Positions 47,937-56,772 of a stretch of DNA of 64,000 bases are shown here, in pieces; position 1 is the first letter of the stretch, and each line of letters starts with the position of its first letter. Location: NCBI GenBank assembly GCA_015233405.1, contig JADFXT010000001.1, positions 18,238-82,237 of the forward strand. Reading direction: 5' to 3'. The notes beneath the pieces were generated by a model that was not told where the DNA came from, made no database searches, and was given only the letters and a program-made list of their open reading frames with translations. Source of the stretch: Candidatus Omnitrophota bacterium. Its GTDB lineage: Bacteria > Omnitrophota > Gorgyraeia > Zapsychrales > Zapsychraceae. Made by a program: the position numbers and the translations under genes.

Positions 47937-48391
47937 AAGGTTTTACTTTATTTGAGGTGTTGATTACAACGGTGATTTTTGCCTTTGTCGCCGGAGGTAT
48001 ATATGGCATCCTGGTCATTGCCACAAGCAATTATGATGCTGAAGAGGCTTCGCTGAATCTTCAGCGGCAGGCAAGGCAAGGGATGAATTGGCTGGTCAGG
48101 GACGTAAGGCAAGCGTATTTATCGACAATACCCAATAAGACGCAAAGCAGGAGTAGCATTGCTTTTGATATTCCCGGTGAGACGGGTATTACATATTCTA
48201 TCGTGGCGGGTCAGCTGGTGCGTAAAGGTGTGGTCGTGGCGAATAATATCACAAGTTTGACTTTTGCTCCGATTGTTGGGAATAATATTCAAAAGATCAC
48301 ATTGGAGGCGAGTAAAGATTTACGTTTGCTTGGAAAGATTCAGACACCTAAATTTTCCTTAACTGAACAAGTACAGATAAGGAACCAATAA
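47933..48391 (+). CDS. Minor pilin/pseudopilin
   Basis: MKGFTLFEVLITTVIFAFVAGG. Confidence 0.75.
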   Translation: MKGFTLFEVLITTVIFAFVAGGIYGILVIATSNYDAEEASLNLQRQARQGMNWLVRDVRQAYLSTIPNKTQSRSSIAFDIPGETGITYSIVAGQLVRKGVVVANNITSLTFAPIVGNNIQKITLEASKDLRLLGKIQTPKFSLTEQVQIRNQ

Positions 48392-48394
48392 CCT

Positions 48395-49426
48395 ATGAAT
48401 AAACGTGGAGCAGCTCTCATCATTTGTCTTTTGGTCATTGTAACTTTGGTTATTTTAGTTGCGGCATCTCTTCAGCGCAGCATCTCTGAGCGAAGTGTTG
48501 CCGCTAAATATCTTGATTCAGCTCAGGCGCTTTGGTTGGCTGAATCCGGTCTGAACAAAGCCATTGTCCAATTAAGGAGTAACTATACTAATTTAGCAGC
48601 TATACCTCTTGCGTCTTTAGCCATGGACGATGCTTCCGTGGTAGGAGAATATTCTGCGACAATAACCTCTAGCGATACAAGCCGAACAGTGACGGCCCAT
48701 GGTTTTGTCCCTTCGAGTGCCGCGACGGTTAAGTCAGAACGTGTTGTACAAGCGATCATAAACAGAAAAATTCCGGCAGGATTTTATGATTATGCGATCT
48801 ATGCTGCAGGAAACTTAGAGGAAAAAGGTAATGTCGTCGGCGGGGTTATTTATGGAGGGACAGCGAGTGGTGGCTTTAAAGATCCTCAGCCAACGGTAGT
48901 GACGCCGGACCCTTCTATCAATCCTTTGGCTTTACTTGATTTTGACCAGATAAAGACTTTAAGTAAGAACCAGGGGAATTATCATAGCGTAGCAAAAAAT
49001 TGTACTAACAATAAAGGTCAAGCAGCAGCATGTGCTCCTGCTTATCCTACATCCTTTTGGTATGATGCGGTTAATAAGATCCCCAATGTTGTCTTTTTAG
49101 AGGATGAGGATTTTACCGTTTCAGGAAACGCCACCTATGGCGGTTTTATTGTGGTGGGCGGAGGAGGAGTGACTTACGATGCCACGATAAATGGAACTGT
49201 AAGTATAGACGGTTGTATCTATACGCGGGGTGATTTTACCATTAATGGCGGTGGGCATGGAGACAAAAACGCGCAGGGACTTAATTTGAATAACATTTGG
49301 GTCGGTGGAACCACGACCTTAGGCGGGAGTTCCGTGTTTATTTATAGAAAAGATTATGCGGATGCCATAAAAGCTTTAAATATAAATCCGGATGTTCAGA
49401 TTACATCTTGGAAGGAGGTATTATAA
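48395..49426 (+). CDS. GspK/PilX-like minor pseudopilin 3 (343 aa)
   Basis: KRGAALIICLLVIVTLVILVAASL. Confidence 0.55.
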   Translation: MNKRGAALIICLLVIVTLVILVAASLQRSISERSVAAKYLDSAQALWLAESGLNKAIVQLRSNYTNLAAIPLASLAMDDASVVGEYSATITSSDTSRTVTAHGFVPSSAATVKSERVVQAIINRKIPAGFYDYAIYAAGNLEEKGNVVGGVIYGGTASGGFKDPQPTVVTPDPSINPLALLDFDQIKTLSKNQGNYHSVAKNCTNNKGQAAACAPAYPTSFWYDAVNKIPNVVFLEDEDFTVSGNATYGGFIVVGGGGVTYDATINGTVSIDGCIYTRGDFTINGGGHGDKNAQGLNLNNIWVGGTTTLGGSSVFIYRKDYADAIKALNINPDVQITSWKEVL

Positions 49427-49427
49427 A

Positions 49428-49877
49428 ATGGAAAAGAAAGGTTTTACTCTTGTTGAAGTGATGATCGTTATTGCCCTTATCGCGATATTGACATGTATTG
49501 CTATTCCTAATTTATTGCGTTCTCGTTTAAACGCAAATGAACGTTATGCGACTTCTAATGTTCAAACAATTTCAGTCGCTGCTCAAACATATTGGTCTGT
49601 TAAGAATGTTTTACCTTCCACTTTACTGCAGCTGAACGCTGAAGGTTTACTTGATGGTTCCTTAGGCTGTGCCTCGCAGCCCTGCATTAAGAACGGGTAT
49701 AAATATTACATGGGAGGGTCTGGTCTGAGGACTGACTTTTTTATTTATACCATTCCCCAGACGTCCAACGATGGCGTGCAATCTTTTTGTGCTGGCTCGG
49801 ATGGCGTGACAAGGGTAAGCGCTACGGGTGAAACTCCAGCCAATCAGGCAGCGTGTAACGCGTGGGGTTCTCTCTAA
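49428..49877 (+). CDS. Type IV pilin / GspG-like pseudopilin (paralog of 43409-43828)
   Basis: RBS GGAGG; MEKKGFTLVEVMIVIALIAILTCIAIPNLLRSRLNANER. Confidence 0.85.
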   Translation: MEKKGFTLVEVMIVIALIAILTCIAIPNLLRSRLNANERYATSNVQTISVAAQTYWSVKNVLPSTLLQLNAEGLLDGSLGCASQPCIKNGYKYYMGGSGLRTDFFIYTIPQTSNDGVQSFCAGSDGVTRVSATGETPANQAACNAWGSL

Positions 49878-50065
49878 AAACAGCACATAACGTTTTTTAT
49901 TATCGAAATCTTCTTTGAAAAAACGTTTCTATGATTTTCTTCAAAAAAGCTGCCAAAACAGGATAATAAAAAAATCATTTACGGATTCCTATTAAAAGGT
50001 ATAATTCTGGTACAATAATAATATTATTTAAATATATTAAATAGTAATAAGGAAAACTGAGAGAA

Positions 50066-51130
50066 GTGCATATTCTTCTGGAGAATTATTTTAAATTTAT
50101 TAAACGGTTGATTCCACATAAAACCGGCGGGATTTCTGTGGGATTAGATATCGGCCCGGCTGAGTGTAAGCTGGTGGCGATCAGCAAGAATAATAATTCT
50201 TTCGAGCTCAAAGATCTGATGGTCGAGCCTGTTTCTGGTGGGAATATTAATCAGACCATTGGAAAAATTTTAAAAAGAATAAAATATCCTTATCAGACCC
50301 TGTATACCGCCGTCTCCGGACGAGGGACGTTAATTCGTTATATTGATATGCCGAGAATGTCTTTTGACGAGCTTTTAATGTCTTTTGATATTGAGGCAGA
50401 TAAATATTTTCCATTTCCGCGAGACCAGATCTATTCAGATTGTTATATTTTAGATCCCCAGGGCAAAGGGAAACAAATGTCTGTCATGATCGCTGCTTCC
50501 CGTCGGGAAATGATCGACCAGAGAATGAAACTTTTATCCGAGCTGGGCATTCAGGCGGATTTTATCGGAATCAATCCCGTGGCCTTAACGAATGCTTTTA
50601 ATGTTTTGGGTTTTAACGAAGAAAAAGAGGTTAAATCGGCGACCGCCGTAGCTTTATTGGATATGGGAGAGTCGGTTAGCACGCTCACGATTTTAGTGGA
50701 TAAGTTGCCGCGATTTACCAGAGATATCTTTATCGGCGGGCAAGATTTTACGAAGAAAATCAGTAATGCGTTGGGCGTGAGTTTTGACGAAGCAGAAAAG
50801 TTGAAAAGCAATCCTAATAAGGAAAATGAGGAAAAAATTCTTGCCGCTTGCGAAGATGCCCTTATGAATATGGGCTTAGAAATCAAACTTTCCTTTGATT
50901 ATTTCTCCACGGAAAAAAATACGGATATTTCTTACTTGCTTTTAACCGGCGGGGCTTCTTTGCTAAAAGGGATCCCGGAATTCTTTCAGAAAAAGCTCGA
51001 TGTTAAAGTGAGCTTGTGGGATCCGCTCAGTCGCATAGTTCTTTCAAAGGACCTGCCCATTAAGGAAGCTCAGGAAAAATCTCTCACATTAGGAGTGGCG
51101 TTAGGATTAGCCTTTTACGATTATGATTGA
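50066..51130 (+). CDS. pilM: Type IV pilus assembly protein PilM (actin-like)
   Basis: GLDIGPAECKLVAI; LLDMGESVSTLTILVD; 354 aa. Confidence 0.8.
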   Translation: MHILLENYFKFIKRLIPHKTGGISVGLDIGPAECKLVAISKNNNSFELKDLMVEPVSGGNINQTIGKILKRIKYPYQTLYTAVSGRGTLIRYIDMPRMSFDELLMSFDIEADKYFPFPRDQIYSDCYILDPQGKGKQMSVMIAASRREMIDQRMKLLSELGIQADFIGINPVALTNAFNVLGFNEEKEVKSATAVALLDMGESVSTLTILVDKLPRFTRDIFIGGQDFTKKISNALGVSFDEAEKLKSNPNKENEEKILAACEDALMNMGLEIKLSFDYFSTEKNTDISYLLLTGGASLLKGIPEFFQKKLDVKVSLWDPLSRIVLSKDLPIKEAQEKSLTLGVALGLAFYDYD

Positions 51131-51725
51131 GATTAATTTAGTTCCTAAAGATTTAAGAAAAAAAAGAAAAGCTCCCCTTTGGGGCGGGAATGATGTCCCC
51201 ATGGAGGTTGTTTTCGGGTCTTTGGGCGCAGGATTATTTCTTCTGATTGTGATACATCTGGTGTTTATTGGGGTCAATATGGGGAGACTTACCTATTACA
51301 AAGCTCTTCAGAAAGATTGGGAAAAGATCCAGCCTGAGCAAAAAGAAATCGACGATATCTTCAATGAAAAAAGTGTTTTAGACACCCAGTATCAGAAGAT
51401 CCAGGGTCTTATCGGCGGTAAAAAAAGAATATTCTGGTTTCAGAAATTAAATATTTTAAGCGATGCGCTGCCCAAGGGGGTGTGGTTGACAGAGCTCGAA
51501 ATGAATATAAATCAGTTTATGATTAAAGGGAGCGCCATTGCTCGTCAGGATACGGAAATGACCAATGTGCACAGTCTGTTCTCAAGCCTGAAGAACGACG
51601 CTGTTTTTACAGACCAGTTAGGCCAGTTGGATTTAAGTTCCATTAAGAAACGGATGATCGGCAGCACGGAAGTCGCGGATTTTCTGATTGATGTGGAGTT
51701 CAAAAAAAATGACAGACCTAAATAA
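51123..51725 (+). CDS. pilN: Type IV pilus assembly protein PilN
   Basis: MIEINLVPKDLRKKRK, single TM, follows pilM. Confidence 0.7.
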   Translation: MIEINLVPKDLRKKRKAPLWGGNDVPMEVVFGSLGAGLFLLIVIHLVFIGVNMGRLTYYKALQKDWEKIQPEQKEIDDIFNEKSVLDTQYQKIQGLIGGKKRIFWFQKLNILSDALPKGVWLTELEMNINQFMIKGSAIARQDTEMTNVHSLFSSLKNDAVFTDQLGQLDLSSIKKRMIGSTEVADFLIDVEFKKNDRPK

Positions 51726-52305
51726 ATATATCGAACAATTTCAAGATCTGGATATTAAAAAAAGATACATTATCTTTTTTGTTGTCTTACTGATTCTTCT
51801 TTTTCTGGATATCTTTGTTTTGATGCGTCCGCAGATTGTGTATTTAGGAAAAATTAATAAGAACATCAAGATGCAGATGAGGAAGAATGCAGAATCGCGG
51901 TCTAATATCAGCAAAAAAGCGGACATCAAAAAACAAGAGGAAGATTTTAAGCTAAAAGTTCAGCAAGCTCAATTACAAGTGATCCCGAAAGATGAAGTTC
52001 CATTTCTGCTGGAGATCATTTCCAAAATAGCTGAAAAAAGCGCGTTAAACGTCGACCAGATTGTGCCACACCCGGAAGATTTAAAGCTTTTATTGGATGA
52101 TAAAACGAAAAAATATTATACCCTGGCTATTTCAGTTAAAGCGACGGGCGGTTATCATAATTTTGGAAAGTTTCTCAATGGGCTCGAGAATCACGAACGG
52201 TATTTTGATATCGCTGAATTTTCTTTAAAACCCGCTTTAGATTCCCGGATTTTGAGTCTTCAATTAACTTTAAATATCATTGTTTATGAAGAGGTCAAGA
52301 AATGA
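51709..52305 (+). CDS. pilO: Type IV pilus assembly protein PilO
   Basis: TM + coiled coil; gene order M-N-O-P-Q; an earlier in-frame start at 51688 is possible. Confidence 0.6.
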   Translation: MTDLNKYIEQFQDLDIKKRYIIFFVVLLILLFLDIFVLMRPQIVYLGKINKNIKMQMRKNAESRSNISKKADIKKQEEDFKLKVQQAQLQVIPKDEVPFLLEIISKIAEKSALNVDQIVPHPEDLKLLLDDKTKKYYTLAISVKATGGYHNFGKFLNGLENHERYFDIAEFSLKPALDSRILSLQLTLNIIVYEEVKK

Positions 52306-52673
52306 AATCCGTCTTAAGATATTTAATGATAATGTTGCTTATAGGGGCGATGGCGGGAGCTGTTTATGCTCAACAACAAAATGGGGAAGCCAAATTTGTT
52401 TACGATGACCATAGCAAACGAGATCCCTTTTGGACCCTCGTTAAGAATGACGGGTCTATCATCAATTATGATAATGATTTCTTGATCACGGATTTGGTTC
52501 TCGAAGGTGTTACCTTAGGGGCTTCTGGGAAAAATTTTGCAATCATTAATGATAAGGTTGTTAAAGAGAAAGATATTATCGGGCAATTTACGGTCTTAAA
52601 AATCGAAAAGAACCGCGTTGTCCTTGAAAAAGAAAACCAAGAGTTCTCTCTTTATTTAAAAAAGGAGGAGTAA
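52302..52673 (+). CDS. pilP: PilP-like pilot/periplasmic protein
   Basis: Signal peptide; C-terminal beta domain; precedes the secretin. Confidence 0.55.
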   Translation: MKSVLRYLMIMLLIGAMAGAVYAQQQNGEAKFVYDDHSKRDPFWTLVKNDGSIINYDNDFLITDLVLEGVTLGASGKNFAIINDKVVKEKDIIGQFTVLKIEKNRVVLEKENQEFSLYLKKEE

Positions 52674-52674
52674 T

Positions 52675-54060
52675 ATGGTTCGCAGGATCATGGTCGCTGT
52701 TTTAGTGTTAACTTTTATATCCGGACAAGTTTTTGCGCAGCAGGCAGCTGCTCCGCAGGCCTCGGCCCAACAGGCCTCTGAGCCCCAGGAAGTGAAGACA
52801 GATGTCACTTCGACCAAGGAAGGCTATGTGAGCCTGGATTTTCAGGATGCGAATATTAGAAATGTTTTGGAAATCCTTGCTTTAAAAAGCGGCGTTAATA
52901 TTGTCGCAAGCCCTGAAGTCAAAGGGACCATTACGCTTCGGCTTAATGATGTTCCTTGGCAGGATGCGCTGGATGTGATCTTGCAGACCTATGGCTATGC
53001 CTTTGAGAAAAAAGGCAATGTCATTGTTGTGTCGACGGTGACAGAATTAAAGAAGCGCCGTGAAGATACACAAACTTTATCCGAGCAGGAAGCCGTGGTT
53101 ACAAAAACATTTACGTTAAATTTTGCCAAAGCAGCTAAGGTCGTTGAATCGATAGGGAAAATGAAATCTACCCACGGCAATATTGATTTTGATGAGAGAA
53201 CCAATACGGTGATTATTACGGATGCGGTCAGTAAAGTTGATTTGATGGGCTCTGTAATTAGAAAGTTGGATTCGACAACGCCTCAAGTGAGCATTGAAGC
53301 GAAGATCGTTGAAACAACTTTTACGGATGCAGAAAATTTTGGTATCGATTGGGCAGCGCAGATCACGGCGGGCGGCGCTAAACGGCCGATTGTTTTCCCG
53401 TTTGGAAAACGTGGCGATGCTGATTTGAGCCTTACGGCCCCTAATGCTTTTCCGGGGACGGATACCACCACAACAGCCGCCAATACGCAGTTTTCTTACG
53501 GAACGTTGGATTTTACAAAGTTACAAGCGGTCTTTCAGATGCTCAAAACAAAATCAGATACAAACATTCTTTCTAACCCAAGGATCGTGACTTTGGATAA
53601 TCAAACGGCCACGATCAAAGTCGGGGAGCAGTATCCGATTCCGCAGTATACCTATAATGAACAGCAGGCAACTTTACAGATTTCCGGGTGGGAATATAAA
53701 GATGTTGGAATTATTTTTGATGTGACCCCGCATGTCAATGATGCCGGGTTTGTGACCTTGGACGTTGAGCCCAAGATCACAGCAATCACGACATTTGTAA
53801 CCGTCGAGAATACGTCGGTCCCGCGGTTAAGTAATGAGTCCGCAAAAACAAGCGTTGTGATCAAAGAAGGAGAGACCTTGGTCATTGGAGGATTGCTAAA
53901 GAATCAGACGACAGATACCAAGAAAAAAGTGCCTCTTTTGGGGGACATCCCCATTGTCGGTCTTGCTTTCCAGAAAAAGGAGAAGTCGGTTACAAAGACA
54001 GATCTGTTGATCTTTATTACCCCACATATTGTAACTCCTCAAATTCCGACGGGTTCTTAA
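52675..54060 (+). CDS. pilQ: Secretin (PilQ/GspD family)
   Basis: Signal peptide; secretin C-domain GETLVIGGLL...VPLLGDIPIVGLAF...DLLIFITPHIV. Confidence 0.85.
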   Translation: MVRRIMVAVLVLTFISGQVFAQQAAAPQASAQQASEPQEVKTDVTSTKEGYVSLDFQDANIRNVLEILALKSGVNIVASPEVKGTITLRLNDVPWQDALDVILQTYGYAFEKKGNVIVVSTVTELKKRREDTQTLSEQEAVVTKTFTLNFAKAAKVVESIGKMKSTHGNIDFDERTNTVIITDAVSKVDLMGSVIRKLDSTTPQVSIEAKIVETTFTDAENFGIDWAAQITAGGAKRPIVFPFGKRGDADLSLTAPNAFPGTDTTTTAANTQFSYGTLDFTKLQAVFQMLKTKSDTNILSNPRIVTLDNQTATIKVGEQYPIPQYTYNEQQATLQISGWEYKDVGIIFDVTPHVNDAGFVTLDVEPKITAITTFVTVENTSVPRLSNESAKTSVVIKEGETLVIGGLLKNQTTDTKKKVPLLGDIPIVGLAFQKKEKSVTKTDLLIFITPHIVTPQIPTGS

Positions 54061-54123
54061 AGTCTAGATCATCGTAAGGATGGAAGGGTCTTAAGCATTA
54101 TAAAAAAATTTTAAGGAGGGATT

Positions 54124-55437
54124 GTGTCACGAGAAATTCTAATTCAAACGCAAAAAGGTGAACGGCAGGTCGCCATTATCGAAAATGGCAAGATTGAAGA
54201 TTTTTATATTGAGCTGGACCGTTATCAGTCTTTATTAGGGAATATTTATAAGGGAAGAGTCGAGTCTATTTTACCGTCGATCAATGCAGCCTTTGTGAAT
54301 ATCGGCCAACCTAAGAATGGGTTTTTATATTTAACGGATATTGTTAATCCTCTGGTCGAAGAAGAGGTGTCCGGCCCACGGAACATTATCGAGAAAATTC
54401 TTGGGAAAGCATCTCCTAAGCCCAACAGGGCTCCGAAGGGAAGAAAGCCGGAAGACAAAATAAATTTACGTGTCGGTCAGGAGATCCTCGTTCAGGTGGT
54501 TAAAGATCCATTTGGCGATAAAGGGGCGCGTTTGACAACGCATTTGAGCCTTCCCGGGCGGTTTGTCGTCTATATGCCTTTTGACAAACAGACTGGGGTT
54601 TCTAAGAAAATCGACAGTAAGGAAGAGCGCCAACGGCTTCGAGAAGTGATCGATTTGTTTGGGTTCGTTAAGACGGGCGGTTTTATTGTCCGCACAGCGT
54701 CGCACAAGCAAGGCAAACGGGAGCTTATCCGTGATGCGCATTTTTTGTATGATATTTGGGTGAAAATTTATAAGAAAGCAGAACAGCAAAAAGCCCCCGC
54801 ACTTCTTTATGAAGAAGGCGAATTGACGTGGAAGATCGTCCGAGATTATTTAACGGAAAAAGTTGAACGGCTTATTATTGATACCGAAGAGGAATATATA
54901 CAAATCAAAAAATTTGTTAATACGCTTATCGGCAAGCACATGGTCGATAAGATTGAATATTATCAGGGCAAAGAGCCTTTGTTTGAGGCGAAACATGTCG
55001 CTAGTGAGCTCAAGAAAATTTATGACACGCATGTTTATTGCAAATCCGGGGCGTATGTCGTTATTGAGCGGACGGAAGGTTTAACGGTTGTGGATGTCAA
55101 CAGCGGTAAATTTAAGACTCATGCTTCGCCGGGAGAAGCGGCGTATATGGTCAATATGGAAGTGATCCCGGAAATTGCCCGACAGTTACGACTCAGAGAC
55201 TTAGGGGGAATTATTGTCATTGACTTTATTGATATGACGCATGAGTTTAACAAGCGCCGGGTTGTCGAACATTTACAGAGGGAATTATCGAAAGACCGGG
55301 CGAAAACAGAGGTTTATAAGATTTCTGCTTTAGGCCTGGTGGAAATGACCAGGGCTAGGACCGGAAAAGCCTTGGAATCGATTTCCTTTGGAAAATGTCC
55401 TTTTTGTTCAGGCCGCGGCCGCGTGCGGATTCCGTAA
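54124..55437 (+). CDS. rng: Ribonuclease E/G family (RNase G-like)
   Basis: N-terminal S1 domain GNIYKGRVESILPSINAAFVNIG; CPFCSGRGRV Zn-link; upstream of rplU. Confidence 0.8.
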   Translation: MSREILIQTQKGERQVAIIENGKIEDFYIELDRYQSLLGNIYKGRVESILPSINAAFVNIGQPKNGFLYLTDIVNPLVEEEVSGPRNIIEKILGKASPKPNRAPKGRKPEDKINLRVGQEILVQVVKDPFGDKGARLTTHLSLPGRFVVYMPFDKQTGVSKKIDSKEERQRLREVIDLFGFVKTGGFIVRTASHKQGKRELIRDAHFLYDIWVKIYKKAEQQKAPALLYEEGELTWKIVRDYLTEKVERLIIDTEEEYIQIKKFVNTLIGKHMVDKIEYYQGKEPLFEAKHVASELKKIYDTHVYCKSGAYVVIERTEGLTVVDVNSGKFKTHASPGEAAYMVNMEVIPEIARQLRLRDLGGIIVIDFIDMTHEFNKRRVVEHLQRELSKDRAKTEVYKISALGLVEMTRARTGKALESISFGKCPFCSGRGRVRIP

Positions 55438-55451
55438 GACAAATTTTCTTG

Positions 55452-55479
55452 TTGCAATATTTCATTTTGTGCATACAAT
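55452..55479 (+). promoter_or_regulatory. Candidate sigma70 promoter for rplU
   Basis: TTGCAA-N16-TACAAT. Confidence 0.4.
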
Positions 55480-55549
55480 GTTAACATTAGATTTTTGAGA
55501 GAATTAATATTATTTATTATTAAGAGTATTTCTTCAAGGAGGTTAAAAT

Positions 55550-55864
55550 ATGTACGCAGTCGTTCAAGTAGGAGTCCATCAGGTTAAAGTTTCTGAAGGC
55601 GAAACGGTCGAAATCAACCGCGTCGACGGTGAAGATGGCAAGAGCATTAAATTGGACAAAGTCCTTATGTATGTTAATGAGGGCGATATCCGTATTGGCC
55701 AGCCGTATTTAAGTAATGTTACGGTCGAGGCCAAGGTTATCAAGCAAACTGTTTTAGGGCCTAAGACGGTTGCTTTTAAATTCCGCAGACGAAAGAATTC
55801 CGCTTCTAAAAAAGGGCATCGCCAGAAGCTCACAGCTATTCATATCGCGAAGATCACGGCATAA
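55550..55864 (+). CDS. rplU: 50S ribosomal protein L21
   Basis: MYAVVQVGVHQVKVSEGETVEI; RBS AAGGAGG. Confidence 0.95.
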   Translation: MYAVVQVGVHQVKVSEGETVEINRVDGEDGKSIKLDKVLMYVNEGDIRIGQPYLSNVTVEAKVIKQTVLGPKTVAFKFRRRKNSASKKGHRQKLTAIHIAKITA

Positions 55865-56034
55865 GCTGGAAAAGATTTATAAAGTCATCAAGACAAGGTC
55901 ATGCGTCAGGAAAATCCCTTCGTAGAAAAATTTTCTGCGCCAAGGGCATCCAAAGGATCCCCTTCCTTTGAATTTGGTTCTGAGCCTAACTTAAAATTCT
56001 GATGCTGTTAATGGGGATAACAGTATAGTCCACT

Positions 56035-56772
56035 ATGACAAAAGATTTCTCTCTCGTCATCCCTGCTTATAACGAAGGCGACCGTCTAGAAGTTTTTTTA
56101 AAAGAACTTGTTTTACAGATGAAGGGTTCTCATCTTTCCGGAGAGATCATTGTCGTCGATGACGGAAGCCTTGAAAAAGACCGTAATGCTTATCAGCGGA
56201 TGATTCAGGATATCAACTCTTCCGATGTCCGGTTAGTTTCTTTAGATAAAAATTCTGGAAAAGGTTATGCCATTCGTCACGGGTTTCATCTGGCAGACGC
56301 AAGGTGGGTGGGTTTTGCCGATGCGGATGGGGCCATCTGTGCAGAGGAAGTTTTTCGTTTGCTGTCTTTTGCGCTTCATTCCTCGGGGTTCAGCGGGGTC
56401 TTCGGGGCCCGTATCCTGATGCTAGGGTATCAAATCCAGCGTTCGCTTTTAAGGCATTTGTTCGGGCGTGTTTTTGTCACCTGTGTGACGTGCATTCTAG
56501 GGATCCCTGTTTATGACCCGCAATGTGGATGCAAATTTTTCTTAAAAAAGGATATCGTCGACTTTTTGCCATTTTGCCAGGAAAAGGGATACCTTCTGGA
56601 TCTTGAGCTCATTGCTTTTGGACTTGGGAAAAAGTTGAAATTTCTCGAGATCCCTATTAATTGGAATGATGTTAAAGGCAGCAAAGTCCGTCTTTTTTCC
56701 GACGGGATAGGGATGTTAAAAGATTTATGGCGCATTAAAAAAAGAGCGGACCGGTTAAAAACCATTCAATGA
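56035..56772 (+). CDS. GT2-family polyprenol-phosphate glycosyltransferase (ArnC/DPM-like)
   Basis: FSLVIPAYNEGDRL ... IIVVDDGS. Confidence 0.75.
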   Translation: MTKDFSLVIPAYNEGDRLEVFLKELVLQMKGSHLSGEIIVVDDGSLEKDRNAYQRMIQDINSSDVRLVSLDKNSGKGYAIRHGFHLADARWVGFADADGAICAEEVFRLLSFALHSSGFSGVFGARILMLGYQIQRSLLRHLFGRVFVTCVTCILGIPVYDPQCGCKFFLKKDIVDFLPFCQEKGYLLDLELIAFGLGKKLKFLEIPINWNDVKGSKVRLFSDGIGMLKDLWRIKKRADRLKTIQ

